A stretch of 62,176 nt of DNA, counting the filler. It is 7 parts of 7 records of this genome, joined end to end, with 100 filler letters (N's around TTAATTAATTAA, not from the genome) between each part and the next. Parts side by side here need not be neighbours in the genome. Positions count along the whole stretch, not along the records: positions 5,870 to 13,321 come from SRR31156797_25727; positions 13,422 to 20,141 come from SRR31156797_25732; 5 more parts are not named here. One strand, given 5' to 3'. Position numbers and translations under genes: made by a program. Below the pieces are notes generated by a model, which did no database searches, was not told the origin of the DNA, and saw only the letters and a list, made by a program, of their open reading frames with translations. Shown piece after piece: positions 8,638-18,519 of the stretch (its first letter is position 1; each line of letters opens with the position of its first letter).

Positions 8638-8665
8638 CAAAAAAGCTCCGATCGGAGCTTTTTTG
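8638..8665. terminator. Bidirectional intrinsic terminator
   Basis: Perfect palindrome CAAAAAAGCTCCGATCGGAGCTTTTTTG between convergent transcription units. Confidence 0.85.
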
Positions 8666-8712
8666 TATAATACAAGATTAAAGTATTCAGGTAACGGGTC
8701 ACCGGTTACAGG

Positions 8713-9774
8713 TCACTTCATTAAGATCATCTTCTTAGTATCAACAAAGTCTCCTGCCTGTAATCTATAAAAATAGATCCCGGAAGAGAAATCAGATGCA
8801 TCCCAGTTGACTTCATAATAACCGGCAGGCTTATTATCACTTATGAGAGTTGTGACTTTCGTGCCATTCATATCATAGATTGAAAGTTCAACATCGCTGA
8901 CTGCTGAAAGCTGAAAACTGATATATGTTCTTGGATTAAACGGATTAGGATAATTTGCATCAAGCGTAAATTCTGTTGGAATATCATTCTCCGGAATAAC
9001 AATTGTGATCGCTTTATCAGTATATTTTGTTTCCTCATTGGCATAAGAGAGATCGGCAAGCATATAAGTATAGCTTGCACCCGGAATAACGTTATTATCT
9101 GTGAATTCGTAGTTTTGTGGTTCACTTGTTGTTCCGGCACCTTCAATGCTTGTGATCACCTCGCCGTTGCGGTAGATCAAGAAATGGGCATTATCGGTTT
9201 CTGTTGCTGTTTGCCATGTCAATTCAACTGCACCATTCACTGCTGTTGTGGTGAAATCTATAAGCTCTATAGGCAGTGGGGTGTCTGCAAGTTCTATTTC
9301 ACAGTAGAGGTCATAACTCGAGTTGGTCTGAACTGATCCATCAAAATATTGATACATCTGACCACCTGACCCCATGCTAGTGCTGTTATAGTATAAGTTA
9401 ACATCATATGTGGAGAAATAGAAAGTGTAAACATTACTATTGGTAACTGATATATTGTTTGAAGAAATATCAAATTCAGAATAATCCGTATAAGTTGTTG
9501 CGGCATGCGTTGAACCACCTGTGATCGTTCCTAATTTTGTGCCAGCCACACCTTCTCCCTGATAGATATCTAAAACAAGACCATTCCTTGCATCTAAACT
9601 TAATACCTTAACTTTGGAGAGGATACCATCCTGAGTAGCTGTAAAGCTATTGCCAAGTTTGTATGAACCTGTTGTTCCTGCTCCTGTTCCACCATTATTA
9701 AACGTAATAATACTCTGAGCATTCAATGAAATAATGAACAATAAACAGATTATTGCTAAAACAAGTCTTTTCAT
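8713..9774 (-). CDS. Secreted protein with PLPIEL-Ig-like domain and T9SS type-A-like C-terminal domain
   Basis: Signal peptide; PLPIELIDF...LTWQTATETDN...GAGTTSEPQNYEF; NYPNPFNPRT...SSGIYFYRL...KKMILMK. Confidence 0.85.
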   Translation of the reverse strand: MKRLVLAIICLLFIISLNAQSIITFNNGGTGAGTTGSYKLGNSFTATQDGILSKVKVLSLDARNGLVLDIYQGEGVAGTKLGTITGGSTHAATTYTDYSEFDISSNNISVTNSNVYTFYFSTYDVNLYYNSTSMGSGGQMYQYFDGSVQTNSSYDLYCEIELADTPLPIELIDFTTTAVNGAVELTWQTATETDNAHFLIYRNGEVITSIEGAGTTSEPQNYEFTDNNVIPGASYTYMLADLSYANEETKYTDKAITIVIPENDIPTEFTLDANYPNPFNPRTYISFQLSAVSDVELSIYDMNGTKVTTLISDNKPAGYYEVNWDASDFSSGIYFYRLQAGDFVDTKKMILMK

Positions 9775-10169
9775 TTTAATCTCCTATAAAATTGAATTAC
9801 CTAAAGGAATAGTGCTTATTAAAGACATTCTTATACCTCATCCTTAATTATTTAACGATATAATAGTTTAAACAAACAATCTGAGTTATACAAGTGCTTA
9901 AAATATACGATATATCTATACTATATTTATAAAAAATATGACTATTAATTAATAAAGTATTTTAAGCAAACCACTTAATTTTGTAAATATTAAAAGTATC
10001 GAAAAACATATACTTCCCAGAAGGGGACACATTATAATGTACAGAAAGCGTATATTCCGCATAAACAAAAGCCAAAACGCTTGTCAGAAAAGTATGGGTA
10101 CTTTTTGGACGCCGCTATCTTAACAATGCCAATAATATCTCACAAAACTCACAAAAAAAGGGGAGGGTG

Positions 10170-11042
10170 TTAGAAATAATTTCCCTGGATTAAATTGACC
10201 TGATAAGCAGATGAAGAATCAGACTTTAAGTCATAGAACCATTTGGGATAATAGGGTAGATTGTCCAGAGTATCCTGTAACCAAGTAAAGTCTTCTCCAT
10301 AAATTAAATATCCGTTTTCATCAATATCTGATAAATCTACAGGGAATGGCCATTGCGTTCCAGTTGACGGGTAAATAATATGAATGCTGCTATCATTACA
10401 ACTTACACTGTATATGATATCGTTTTCAATAAAAAGTGAATGTAATTTATAATCTCTTATTCTGTTGATATATGAAATGATATCCTGTCCGACATTTACA
10501 TGAGATTCTATATTATTCGATAGTCCGACCCTATCAGAATAAGGCCATACGAAAAGTGGGTGTTCAAACGTAATTTTAACCAACCCAGTATCAATTGTCT
10601 GACCGATAGAATAAGAATAAGCCATAATATAATCAGCAATAGCCATAAATCGCCTTTTCCAGCTACCAATGGCATCCCACATCTCACATTCCGTTGCTAA
10701 GACACTATGTGTATCACCTTCACAAGCATATGTTGTACGATAGATATAAGCATCGCAACATATACCGGTTGCATACATACTGTCCAGTCCTAAGAAATCA
10801 TTTTCAATTATTTTTGAATAGATTCCCAAATAATCACTATCACTGATTTTTGATTTTATACTATGTGTATTATCTTTAATTATTATATCGCGATTTTCTA
10901 AAACTTCAATTTTCCTGCTCATATAAAACCAGCCACCATACTGGTGATGCATTACATAATAATCAGGGGCTTCAATCGTCGGAACACTACAAGCCAACAA
11001 TAAAATTGTAAGTAAAGCTAATAAGACAAATCTTCTTAACAT
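10170..11042 (-). CDS. Hypothetical lipoprotein
   Basis: Lipobox LLAC; 290 aa; directly downstream of the 733-aa gene. Confidence 0.75.
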   Translation of the reverse strand: MLRRFVLLALLTILLLACSVPTIEAPDYYVMHHQYGGWFYMSRKIEVLENRDIIIKDNTHSIKSKISDSDYLGIYSKIIENDFLGLDSMYATGICCDAYIYRTTYACEGDTHSVLATECEMWDAIGSWKRRFMAIADYIMAYSYSIGQTIDTGLVKITFEHPLFVWPYSDRVGLSNNIESHVNVGQDIISYINRIRDYKLHSLFIENDIIYSVSCNDSSIHIIYPSTGTQWPFPVDLSDIDENGYLIYGEDFTWLQDTLDNLPYYPKWFYDLKSDSSSAYQVNLIQGNYF

Positions 11043-11063
11043 TATTAAAATCCTTTAATTTCC

Positions 11064-13265
11064 TTACTTCAACACCAACATTTTCTTAGAAATTGATCGA
11101 TCATCAACTTGTAGTCGATAGATATATATCCCTGAGCTTTGCCCACTAGCATTCCAGGTTACGTCCCAATGACCGGCCTCTTTATATTCGTTATAAAGCG
11201 TTTCGACTAAATGGCCAGTTATATCGAATACTTGAAGTTTGATATTTTGAGCTTCAGGAAGTTCATACTCGATCGTTGTTGTTGGGTTTAGGGGATTTGG
11301 GTAGTTTTGGGAGAGGGTGAATTGTGTTGGTATATCATTATTATCAATTGACAGGGTGCTCATATCAATTTCGTAGATCCCATTTTGTGTGGTTCCCACA
11401 TATAGATAGTCATTACCTGACCCCTTATTTATGCAAGTGATTGTTATACCATCCCAATTGTTTCCGATTTCATCCCATGAAGAACCTTGATCCAAGGTCA
11501 TAACTAAACCATTTTGTCCACCACAGAATAATGCATTATCTGCTTCCGAGTAAAATAGATTGCTTACAGAGCTCAATCCACAATCAACAATATTAAATGT
11601 CGCTCCATTATTATAACTGCAATACAATGAATAAGGTTTTTTATAGTATGGATGTCCGGCGATACAATAAATGGTATTGGTATTATTTGGATCAATGACT
11701 ATATCTGTAACAAACACAGAATCAATTGTTATCAATTCTTCCCAGTTTTCGGCAGCATTCTGAGATTCATAAATTGTTCGGTATGCACCAGCCAACAGTC
11801 TATTATTATCGTTGGGATCTAAACAAATCGATTCAACACTGATCGGGCTTGTGCGTACTGTACTCAGGTGTTGTCTTGTTACTGTAGGCAGACCATCACT
11901 GGCCAATACCCAATTACAGCCGTTATCTGTTGATTTATATATCCCTGAGTATAATCCTTCAAATGCCGGATGGCATGAAAAATAGAGTGTATCATTGTTT
12001 ATGGCTAGGTCATTTGGAACAGAATAAGGAATACCATTCTCAAATCTTACCCAATTATCAAAAGGAGAATTGCTTTTAGCAAAATATCTCCAACTTCCCA
12101 ACATATAAAGGAAATGACCATCCTGACTTGTAAAAATATCATCGCCGACATTCTCAGTTAATAATGTATCCCATTTAGAATTTGAATAGCACATTAAGCG
12201 TGAATAATAACCACCTTCTAAAGATGACACTAATTGGTTGTCAACTATACTTATTGAATTAACACTAATATTGCTTATTCCCTCAACTACATTAACCCAT
12301 GATTGTCCATCATCCAAACTTTTGAATATTGTGCCATCAATTGATTCAATTAGATAATAATTGCCATTCATCATTTCGGCTCCTCTAAGGTAACCGTCCT
12401 TAATTTCATTGAAAGTAATGCCTTGATCGGTACTCTTATAGAAACCACCTAAACTGGCAACATATATAGTATTTTCATCATTTAGATCACATATTGCACC
12501 ATGAGCTTGACCTCCAAGTCGGTCATATTTGATCCAATTTTGTCCGCCATCATTGCTTATAAGCAATCCATTGTGACTAGTTGCAACTAAAACGATATTG
12601 TTGTTAATACTAGAGACTGTAATATCATTTGTATAAGCTGAAGAAGGTGAACTATCCTCAAGATATCTTAATTGTGTCCACGTTTCACCTACATCGGAAG
12701 ATTTATATACTGCATTGTTAGTACCTAAATAGAAAATGCTTGAATCAATGGGATCTGAGCAAATTTCTTCCAAATTATTAAATCCGAATTCATAATCAAT
12801 TAATCGAAGATTGGTTGCAGCATCAATTGATTTATATAAACCGTCATTATTTCCAACAAATACAAAATCACTTATAAGTGATGAAGTTTGTACAATTCTT
12901 GCAGGTGTCATAACTTCTGACCAATTCATACCTCCATCAAGACTTTTGCATGCAGCTGTACTTCCTGTACTGGGTGATCTCCATGTTAAATAAATTAGAT
13001 TGGGGTCTAAACAATCAATTGCAATGGAAGTTATTTGCTTGCCTCTAAAACCCATATATGTCCAACTATCTCCGGCATTTGTTGATTTATAAACACCGCC
13101 TGTTGTAGTCCCCGTAAAAATAACATTACTATTTGATTTTGAAATAGCTATACACTCGAACGCTCCCCCAAATGGACCAATTGGCTCAATTTGCATAGCC
13201 ATAGCTTTTATACAGATAAATATTGAAATCAATACAAACGATATGATGTGTTTACTTTTAGACAT
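11064..13265 (-). CDS. Secreted VPS10/BNR double beta-propeller protein with T9SS type-A-like C-terminal domain
   Basis: IGPFGG start, many KSxDxGxxW Asp-boxes, LSQNYPNPLNPTTTIEY...SSGIYIYRL...KKMLVLK. Confidence 0.88.
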   Translation of the reverse strand: MSKSKHIISFVLISIFICIKAMAMQIEPIGPFGGAFECIAISKSNSNVIFTGTTTGGVYKSTNAGDSWTYMGFRGKQITSIAIDCLDPNLIYLTWRSPSTGSTAACKSLDGGMNWSEVMTPARIVQTSSLISDFVFVGNNDGLYKSIDAATNLRLIDYEFGFNNLEEICSDPIDSSIFYLGTNNAVYKSSDVGETWTQLRYLEDSSPSSAYTNDITVSSINNNIVLVATSHNGLLISNDGGQNWIKYDRLGGQAHGAICDLNDENTIYVASLGGFYKSTDQGITFNEIKDGYLRGAEMMNGNYYLIESIDGTIFKSLDDGQSWVNVVEGISNISVNSISIVDNQLVSSLEGGYYSRLMCYSNSKWDTLLTENVGDDIFTSQDGHFLYMLGSWRYFAKSNSPFDNWVRFENGIPYSVPNDLAINNDTLYFSCHPAFEGLYSGIYKSTDNGCNWVLASDGLPTVTRQHLSTVRTSPISVESICLDPNDNNRLLAGAYRTIYESQNAAENWEELITIDSVFVTDIVIDPNNTNTIYCIAGHPYYKKPYSLYCSYNNGATFNIVDCGLSSVSNLFYSEADNALFCGGQNGLVMTLDQGSSWDEIGNNWDGITITCINKGSGNDYLYVGTTQNGIYEIDMSTLSIDNNDIPTQFTLSQNYPNPLNPTTTIEYELPEAQNIKLQVFDITGHLVETLYNEYKEAGHWDVTWNASGQSSGIYIYRLQVDDRSISKKMLVLK

Positions 13266-13308
13266 ATTTAACCTCTATATTTCGATACCCTAACATACAA
13301 AATCCCAT

Positions 13309-13321
13309 CAACTCATAAAAG
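13309..13321 (+). repeat. 13-bp direct repeat CAACTCATAAAAG, copy 2 (last bases of contig 2)
   Basis: Identical to 5870-5882. Confidence 0.9.
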
Positions 13322-13421
13322 NNNNNNNNNNNNNNNNNNNNNNNNNNNNNNNNNNNNNNNNNNNNTTAATTAATTAANNNNNNNNNNNNNNNNNNNNNNN
13401 NNNNNNNNNNNNNNNNNNNNN
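13322..13421. other. Artificial contig spacer
   Basis: N-run/TTAATTAATTAA/N-run. Confidence 0.98.
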
Positions 13422-13849
13422 TTCCCAACCGGCTGGAGTACACGAACCGGATAAAGGGTGTTCGATTTTATAACGATTCAAAAGCAACCAACGTGGATGC
13501 GGCCATCAGGGCTGTACGGAGTTTTGATAATCCGTTGATTCTCATCGCGGGAGGACGGCACAAAGGTTCGGACTACCAGCCTCTGGTTCAGGCATGCAGG
13601 GGGAACGTAAAGGGGGCGGTATTCATGGGGGAGGCGGCAAGTCTTCTGGCCGAGGCTTTCAACCATGAACTCCCTTTCTCACTGGCCGAGGACATGCGGG
13701 ACGCGGTATCCAGGGCCCATGGAATGGCCCAAACCGGAGACATTGTACTGCTTTCGCCCGCTTGCTCGAGCTTTGACATGTTTAGAAATTATGATCACCG
13801 CGGCAGGGTGTTCAAGGCTGCTGTCGAGGACCTTTTAAATGACAGCTAA
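13422..13849 (+). CDS. murD: UDP-N-acetylmuramoyl-L-alanine--D-glutamate ligase (5'-truncated)
   Basis: PNRLE...FYNDSKATNV...LIAGG...VLLSPACSSFDMF..Y..RG..F; upstream of ftsW. Confidence 0.95.
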
Positions 13850-14942
13850 AACAAAAGCATACGAAGGGTACAACCTCATGATCCTCATTCCGGTAATTCT
13901 TTTAATCGGCCTGGGGCTGCTCATGGTTTACAGCGCCAGCAGCAACCTTGCCGAACACCGTTTCGGGGACAGCAATTTCTATCTTAAAAGACAGATTCTG
14001 TTCTGTTTTCTGGGGATCGGGGCCATGCTGGTGACCCGATACATCCCCTGCACCCTCTACCAAAAACTGGTGTATCCCTTATTGCTCTTAAGCGCCCTTC
14101 TGCTGGTGCTTCTTTTTGTCCCCGGCCTGGGCCGAAAGGTGGGTGGCGCTTACCGATGGATGAATCTGGGCGGGTTCTCCTTTCAGCCTTCCGAAATGGT
14201 GAAGTTTTCCCTGGCGGTCTACCTGGCCTATTCCATGAGCAAAAAGGGGTCGGATCTGGAATTATTCACCAAGGGGTTGCTGCCCCACATTTTGGTGGTC
14301 GGTACATTCATGGTGCTCATCTATCTGCAGCCGGACCTGGGAACAGCGGTCATTATCGGCGCCTGGTCGCTACTGCTGCTCTTTGTGGGGGGCGTCAGGA
14401 TACTGCAACTCATTTCCCTGTTTCTGCTTGCGGCACCCTTTTTCGTATATCTGGTGTGGAATGCCGAATACCGGGTCAAAAGGTGGCTGGCCTTCATGAA
14501 CCCCTGGGACGACCCAAAAGGGATCGGTTTTCAAATCATACACTCTTTTCTGGCATTCGGTTCGGGAGGTATTTTCGGCGCGGGCCTGGGCAACAGCAAG
14601 CAGAAACTTTTTTATCTGCCGGAGCCCCATACGGATTTCGCCCTTTCCATCATGGGCGAAGAGTTGGGCTTTATCGGTATAACCACCACCATCGTACTGT
14701 TCGGGATTCTGATTATGGGGGGCATTCGAATCGCCCTCAACTCCAAGGATCTTTTCAGCAGCTATCTGGCCCTCGGTTTGACATGTTTTTTGGGCCTTCA
14801 GGTAATTGTCAACATGGCCGTGGTCCTGGGAATGCTGCCCACAAAAGGGCTCACACTTCCCCTCATCAGTTATGGCGGATCATCCCTGGTGATGACCCTG
14901 GCGGGAATCGGGGTTCTGTTGAACATTTCTTCCGGGAACTGA
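13839..14942 (+). CDS. ftsW: Peptidoglycan glycosyltransferase FtsW
   Basis: SEDS motifs FQPSE, QPDLGT, YLPEPHTDF, LPLISYGGSS; dcw context. Confidence 0.96.
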   Translation: MTAKTKAYEGYNLMILIPVILLIGLGLLMVYSASSNLAEHRFGDSNFYLKRQILFCFLGIGAMLVTRYIPCTLYQKLVYPLLLLSALLLVLLFVPGLGRKVGGAYRWMNLGGFSFQPSEMVKFSLAVYLAYSMSKKGSDLELFTKGLLPHILVVGTFMVLIYLQPDLGTAVIIGAWSLLLLFVGGVRILQLISLFLLAAPFFVYLVWNAEYRVKRWLAFMNPWDDPKGIGFQIIHSFLAFGSGGIFGAGLGNSKQKLFYLPEPHTDFALSIMGEELGFIGITTTIVLFGILIMGGIRIALNSKDLFSSYLALGLTCFLGLQVIVNMAVVLGMLPTKGLTLPLISYGGSSLVMTLAGIGVLLNISSGN

Positions 14943-14965
14943 CAGGGGTGGATGACGGAAGACTC

Positions 14966-16099
14966 ATGACGAATGACAAAGAAAAAAAAATACGATGCAT
15001 CATCGCCGGGGGCGGAACCGGTGGGCACCTGTTTCCCGGGATTGCCATTGCCGGGGAGTTGACGTCCAGATGCAGGGACACGGCGCTTCTTTTTGTGGTA
15101 GGTCGAAGAAGGATGGAGTCGGAAATCCTTGGGCGTTACGGTTTTCAAACGGTCTTTATCCATGTGGAAGGCATGAAAGGCCGCGGATGGAAAAAAGGGT
15201 TGGCGGTTTTGAGCATGCTACCCGGAAGCCTGCTTCAGTCCATGCGAATTATTAAGGATTTCAAACCCTCATTTGTGATGGGCGTGGGGGGGTATTCATC
15301 CGGCCCGTTCTGCCTGGCCGCCAGACTCATGGGTATCCCCACGGCCATCCATGAACAAAACTCCTATCCCGGTCTGACGAACCGTTTACTGGCACGGGTG
15401 GTGGATCGCATTTTCGTCTCCTTTGAGGAAAGTGTGCCATATTTCAAACATGGAAAAAGCATCCTCACAGGTAATCCGGTACGACATGAATTGTTTTCAC
15501 CCTCACACAATTCATTGCCCCCGAAGGACGGTTTTACGGTTCTGGTAGTGGGCGGCAGTCAGGGCGCCAAAGCCATCAACGAGGTGTTTGTAAAGGCTTA
15601 TGGTGTTTTGAAAAAATCAGGGAAAAGAATCACCTTCATTCACCAGACGGGTGAGCACGATCACGAAAGGGTGATAGAGGAGTACCGGGTCGAAGGGCTT
15701 GAAACGCGGGAACTTGAAGCGAACGTGATTCCCTTTATCAAAGACATGGCTTCAGCCTACCACCGGGCGGACATGGTGGTCAGCCGAGCCGGGGCAACAA
15801 CCCTCTTTGAACTGGCAGCCCTTGGAAAGCCATCGATCCTCATCCCCTATCCTTATGCCGCCAACGGACACCAGGAAACCAATGCTCGGTCGTTGGCGCG
15901 CCGTGGGGGAGCGGAGATGGTACTTCAAAAGGATCTGACCCCCGAAGGGTTGGCGAGTACCCTGTTGACATACATAAACCATCCACAACTTTTGAAAAAG
16001 ATGGGTGAAGCCGCCCGCAGCTTTGGCCGTCCGGACGCAGCCCGAAGCATTGTGGATCAACTTATGAAGCTGTTAGCCATAAAAAAACAAGGCTTTTAA
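14966..16099 (+). CDS. murG: Lipid II GlcNAc transferase MurG
   Basis: IAGGGTGGHLFPG, HEQN, GNPVR, GGSQGA, SRAGATT. Real start is about 14966; the 647-aa ORF is a spurious extension overlapping ftsW. Confidence 0.95.
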   Translation: MTNDKEKKIRCIIAGGGTGGHLFPGIAIAGELTSRCRDTALLFVVGRRRMESEILGRYGFQTVFIHVEGMKGRGWKKGLAVLSMLPGSLLQSMRIIKDFKPSFVMGVGGYSSGPFCLAARLMGIPTAIHEQNSYPGLTNRLLARVVDRIFVSFEESVPYFKHGKSILTGNPVRHELFSPSHNSLPPKDGFTVLVVGGSQGAKAINEVFVKAYGVLKKSGKRITFIHQTGEHDHERVIEEYRVEGLETRELEANVIPFIKDMASAYHRADMVVSRAGATTLFELAALGKPSILIPYPYAANGHQETNARSLARRGGAEMVLQKDLTPEGLASTLLTYINHPQLLKKMGEAARSFGRPDAARSIVDQLMKLLAIKKQGF

Positions 16100-16122
16100 A
16101 AAAATAATATGTCAGGAAAAAC

Positions 16123-17496
16123 ATGAAACAGTTCGGTAAAGCAAAACATATCCACTTTGTGGGCATCGGGGGCATCGGCATGAGCGGCCTGGCCGAGCTG
16201 CTCATCAACCTTGGATACATTGTCAGCGGCTCCGATTTGAAGGATTCCGCCGCTACCCGGAGGCTCTCGCGCCTGGGATGCCGGGTCTTCAAGGGTCATG
16301 AGGGCAATAACGTACAGGAAGCCGACGTGGTGGTCTACTCTTCGGCCATCGGACCTCGGAACCCGGAAATTCTCGAAGCCAAAGAGGGTTATATTCCCGT
16401 TATCCCCAGGGCCGAAATGCTGTCGGAACTCATGCGGCTGAAGTATGGGGTGGCCATTGCGGGCGCCCATGGCAAAACCACCACCACATCCATGGTCGCC
16501 TCCATATTAACAAAGGGGGAGCTCGATCCCACGGTGGTAATCGGCGGGCGACTCGATATCTGGGGAGGATCCAATGCCAAACTGGGCCAGGGGGATATCC
16601 TGGTGGCTGAAGCGGACGAAAGCGACGGCTCATTTCTCACGTTGTCCCCCACCATGGCGGTGGTGACCAACATCGATCACGAGCACATGGAACATTATGG
16701 CAGCATGGCGGCCATTCGCCAAACCTTTGTGGACTTCATCAACAAAATCCCCTTTTACGGAACCGCCATCCTCTGTCAGGATAACGAAGAAATTCAAGGA
16801 ATTATTCCCCAACTCAAAAAGAGGTACATCACTTACGGCATGAGCACCCAGGCCGAAGTCAGGGGGAAAGATTTAAAAAATGAGAAATGGGGCACCAGTC
16901 TCGAGGTGATCTACCGGAATCATTCCATGGGGAGAATCTCCGTGGGAATGCCCGGCGAACACAATGCCTTAAACGCTTTGGCCGCAACCGCCGTCGGTCT
17001 TGAACTGGATCTGGAAATGGGGATCATCCGGGAGGGGCTCACGGCCCTTGGCGGCCTTGCCAGGCGGCTCCAAATCAAGGGGGAAAGAAACGGGGTTCTG
17101 TTTATGGATGATTACGGACATCATCCAACCGAAATCATGGCGACCCTTAAAACGGTGAAAAGCTGCCGGCCGGAAAAACGGCTGATCGTTGTGTTCCAAC
17201 CACACCGATACACCCGAACCCAGGCCTTACTGGATCGCTTTGTGATTTCTTTCAATGATGCGGATTTCCTGATGGTGACACCCATATATGCCGCGGGGGA
17301 ACAACCCATGGAGGGGATAACCGCGGAAAGCCTGGTTAAAGGTATCAAGGAACACGGGCACAAAGAAGTGCTTTTTTGCCCTGACCTGGAGGAGGTCGTG
17401 CCCATGTTGAAAAAGCTGATCAAACCCGGAGATCTTGTTTTGACACTGGGGGCCGGCAACATTTACAGGGAAGGCGAACGCTTTTTGGAGCCATAA
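16123..17496 (+). CDS. murC: UDP-N-acetylmuramate--L-alanine ligase
   Basis: HFVGIGGIGMSG, GAHGKTTTT, EADESDGSF, DDYGHHPTE, FQPHRYTRT. Confidence 0.97.
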   Translation: MKQFGKAKHIHFVGIGGIGMSGLAELLINLGYIVSGSDLKDSAATRRLSRLGCRVFKGHEGNNVQEADVVVYSSAIGPRNPEILEAKEGYIPVIPRAEMLSELMRLKYGVAIAGAHGKTTTTSMVASILTKGELDPTVVIGGRLDIWGGSNAKLGQGDILVAEADESDGSFLTLSPTMAVVTNIDHEHMEHYGSMAAIRQTFVDFINKIPFYGTAILCQDNEEIQGIIPQLKKRYITYGMSTQAEVRGKDLKNEKWGTSLEVIYRNHSMGRISVGMPGEHNALNALAATAVGLELDLEMGIIREGLTALGGLARRLQIKGERNGVLFMDDYGHHPTEIMATLKTVKSCRPEKRLIVVFQPHRYTRTQALLDRFVISFNDADFLMVTPIYAAGEQPMEGITAESLVKGIKEHGHKEVLFCPDLEEVVPMLKKLIKPGDLVLTLGAGNIYREGERFLEP

Positions 17497-17543
17497 GCCG
17501 TTAACCATCATGCCAACCACTAACCGCTGATCACATAAAAAAC

Positions 17544-18467
17544 ATGGACCTTCGTCAAAAAACAGCGCTCGAACAATTAACGGGAGAAGGGATCCGGTTC
17601 CACTACCCCATGCATCGGCTCACCACATATGGGGTGGGCGGACCCGTTGAAGCCCTTTGGGAAGCCCGGGACCTTGAAACACTTAAAAAGGTTATCCGGT
17701 ATCTTTCCATGGAGGAAATCCCCTACGGTGTACTGGGCAGGGGGAGCAATTTACTGGTTAAAGACGAAGGTATTGACGGGGTTATGATCCTTCTAACGGG
17801 ATCCCTTGCGGTGATAAAAGATAGCTCCGACAAATCCCTTATCTGGGCGGGCGGCGGCGTTCATCTCACCGATTTCATGAATTGGTGCCGCCGGCATGGG
17901 CTATCCGGCCTGGAATTTCTTGCGGGAATCCCCGGGACCGTCGGCGGCGCGGTGGCCATGAATGCGGGGGCTTTCGGGAAAGAAGTCAATGAGAGAATCA
18001 AGGCACTTCAATTTGTGTTGCCCGGGGGCACACAGGTTGAAATGAACCGTTCGGAGCTCAAATTCTCATATCGCCGCCTTCACTTGGAAGAAGGGCGGCT
18101 GGTGATAAACACCTGTTTCAGCCTGAACAGGGATACGCCTGAAGCGGTGTCTGAAAAAATGAGCGGTTTTCTAAAAACTCGAAAACAGACCCAACCCCTT
18201 GAGTACCCCAGTGCCGGTTCCGTATTCAAAAATCCGCCGGGTGCCCCCTTTTCAACTCCGGGGGCCGGCAGGCTCATTGAAAAAGCAGGGCTCAAGGGCA
18301 AAATGATCGGTGGCGCCATGGTTTCTAAGAAACATGCCAACTTTATTGTGAACAAAGGGGGCGCCACGGCAAAAGATATTCTGTCACTCATGAATCTGGT
18401 GCGCCTTGAGGTCAAACGGACGGCGGGCATAGACCTGGAACCGGAAATACGAATTTTGGGGAAATAA
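17544..18467 (+). CDS. murB: UDP-N-acetylenolpyruvoylglucosamine reductase
   Basis: GRGSNLLV, GIPGTVGGAVAMNAGA, SAGSVFKNP, KHANFIVN, LEPEI. Confidence 0.96.
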   Translation: MDLRQKTALEQLTGEGIRFHYPMHRLTTYGVGGPVEALWEARDLETLKKVIRYLSMEEIPYGVLGRGSNLLVKDEGIDGVMILLTGSLAVIKDSSDKSLIWAGGGVHLTDFMNWCRRHGLSGLEFLAGIPGTVGGAVAMNAGAFGKEVNERIKALQFVLPGGTQVEMNRSELKFSYRRLHLEEGRLVINTCFSLNRDTPEAVSEKMSGFLKTRKQTQPLEYPSAGSVFKNPPGAPFSTPGAGRLIEKAGLKGKMIGGAMVSKKHANFIVNKGGATAKDILSLMNLVRLEVKRTAGIDLEPEIRILGK

Positions 18468-18519
18468 AGAAAAATAAGGGGGGACATCCCCCACCCCGGC
18501 ACCGCCAGGATCAGCCATT

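Noticed and set aside
14156-14965. N-terminally extended 647-aa MurG fusion
   Set aside because: The extension is an off-frame read of ftsW; MurG homology starts at about 14966.
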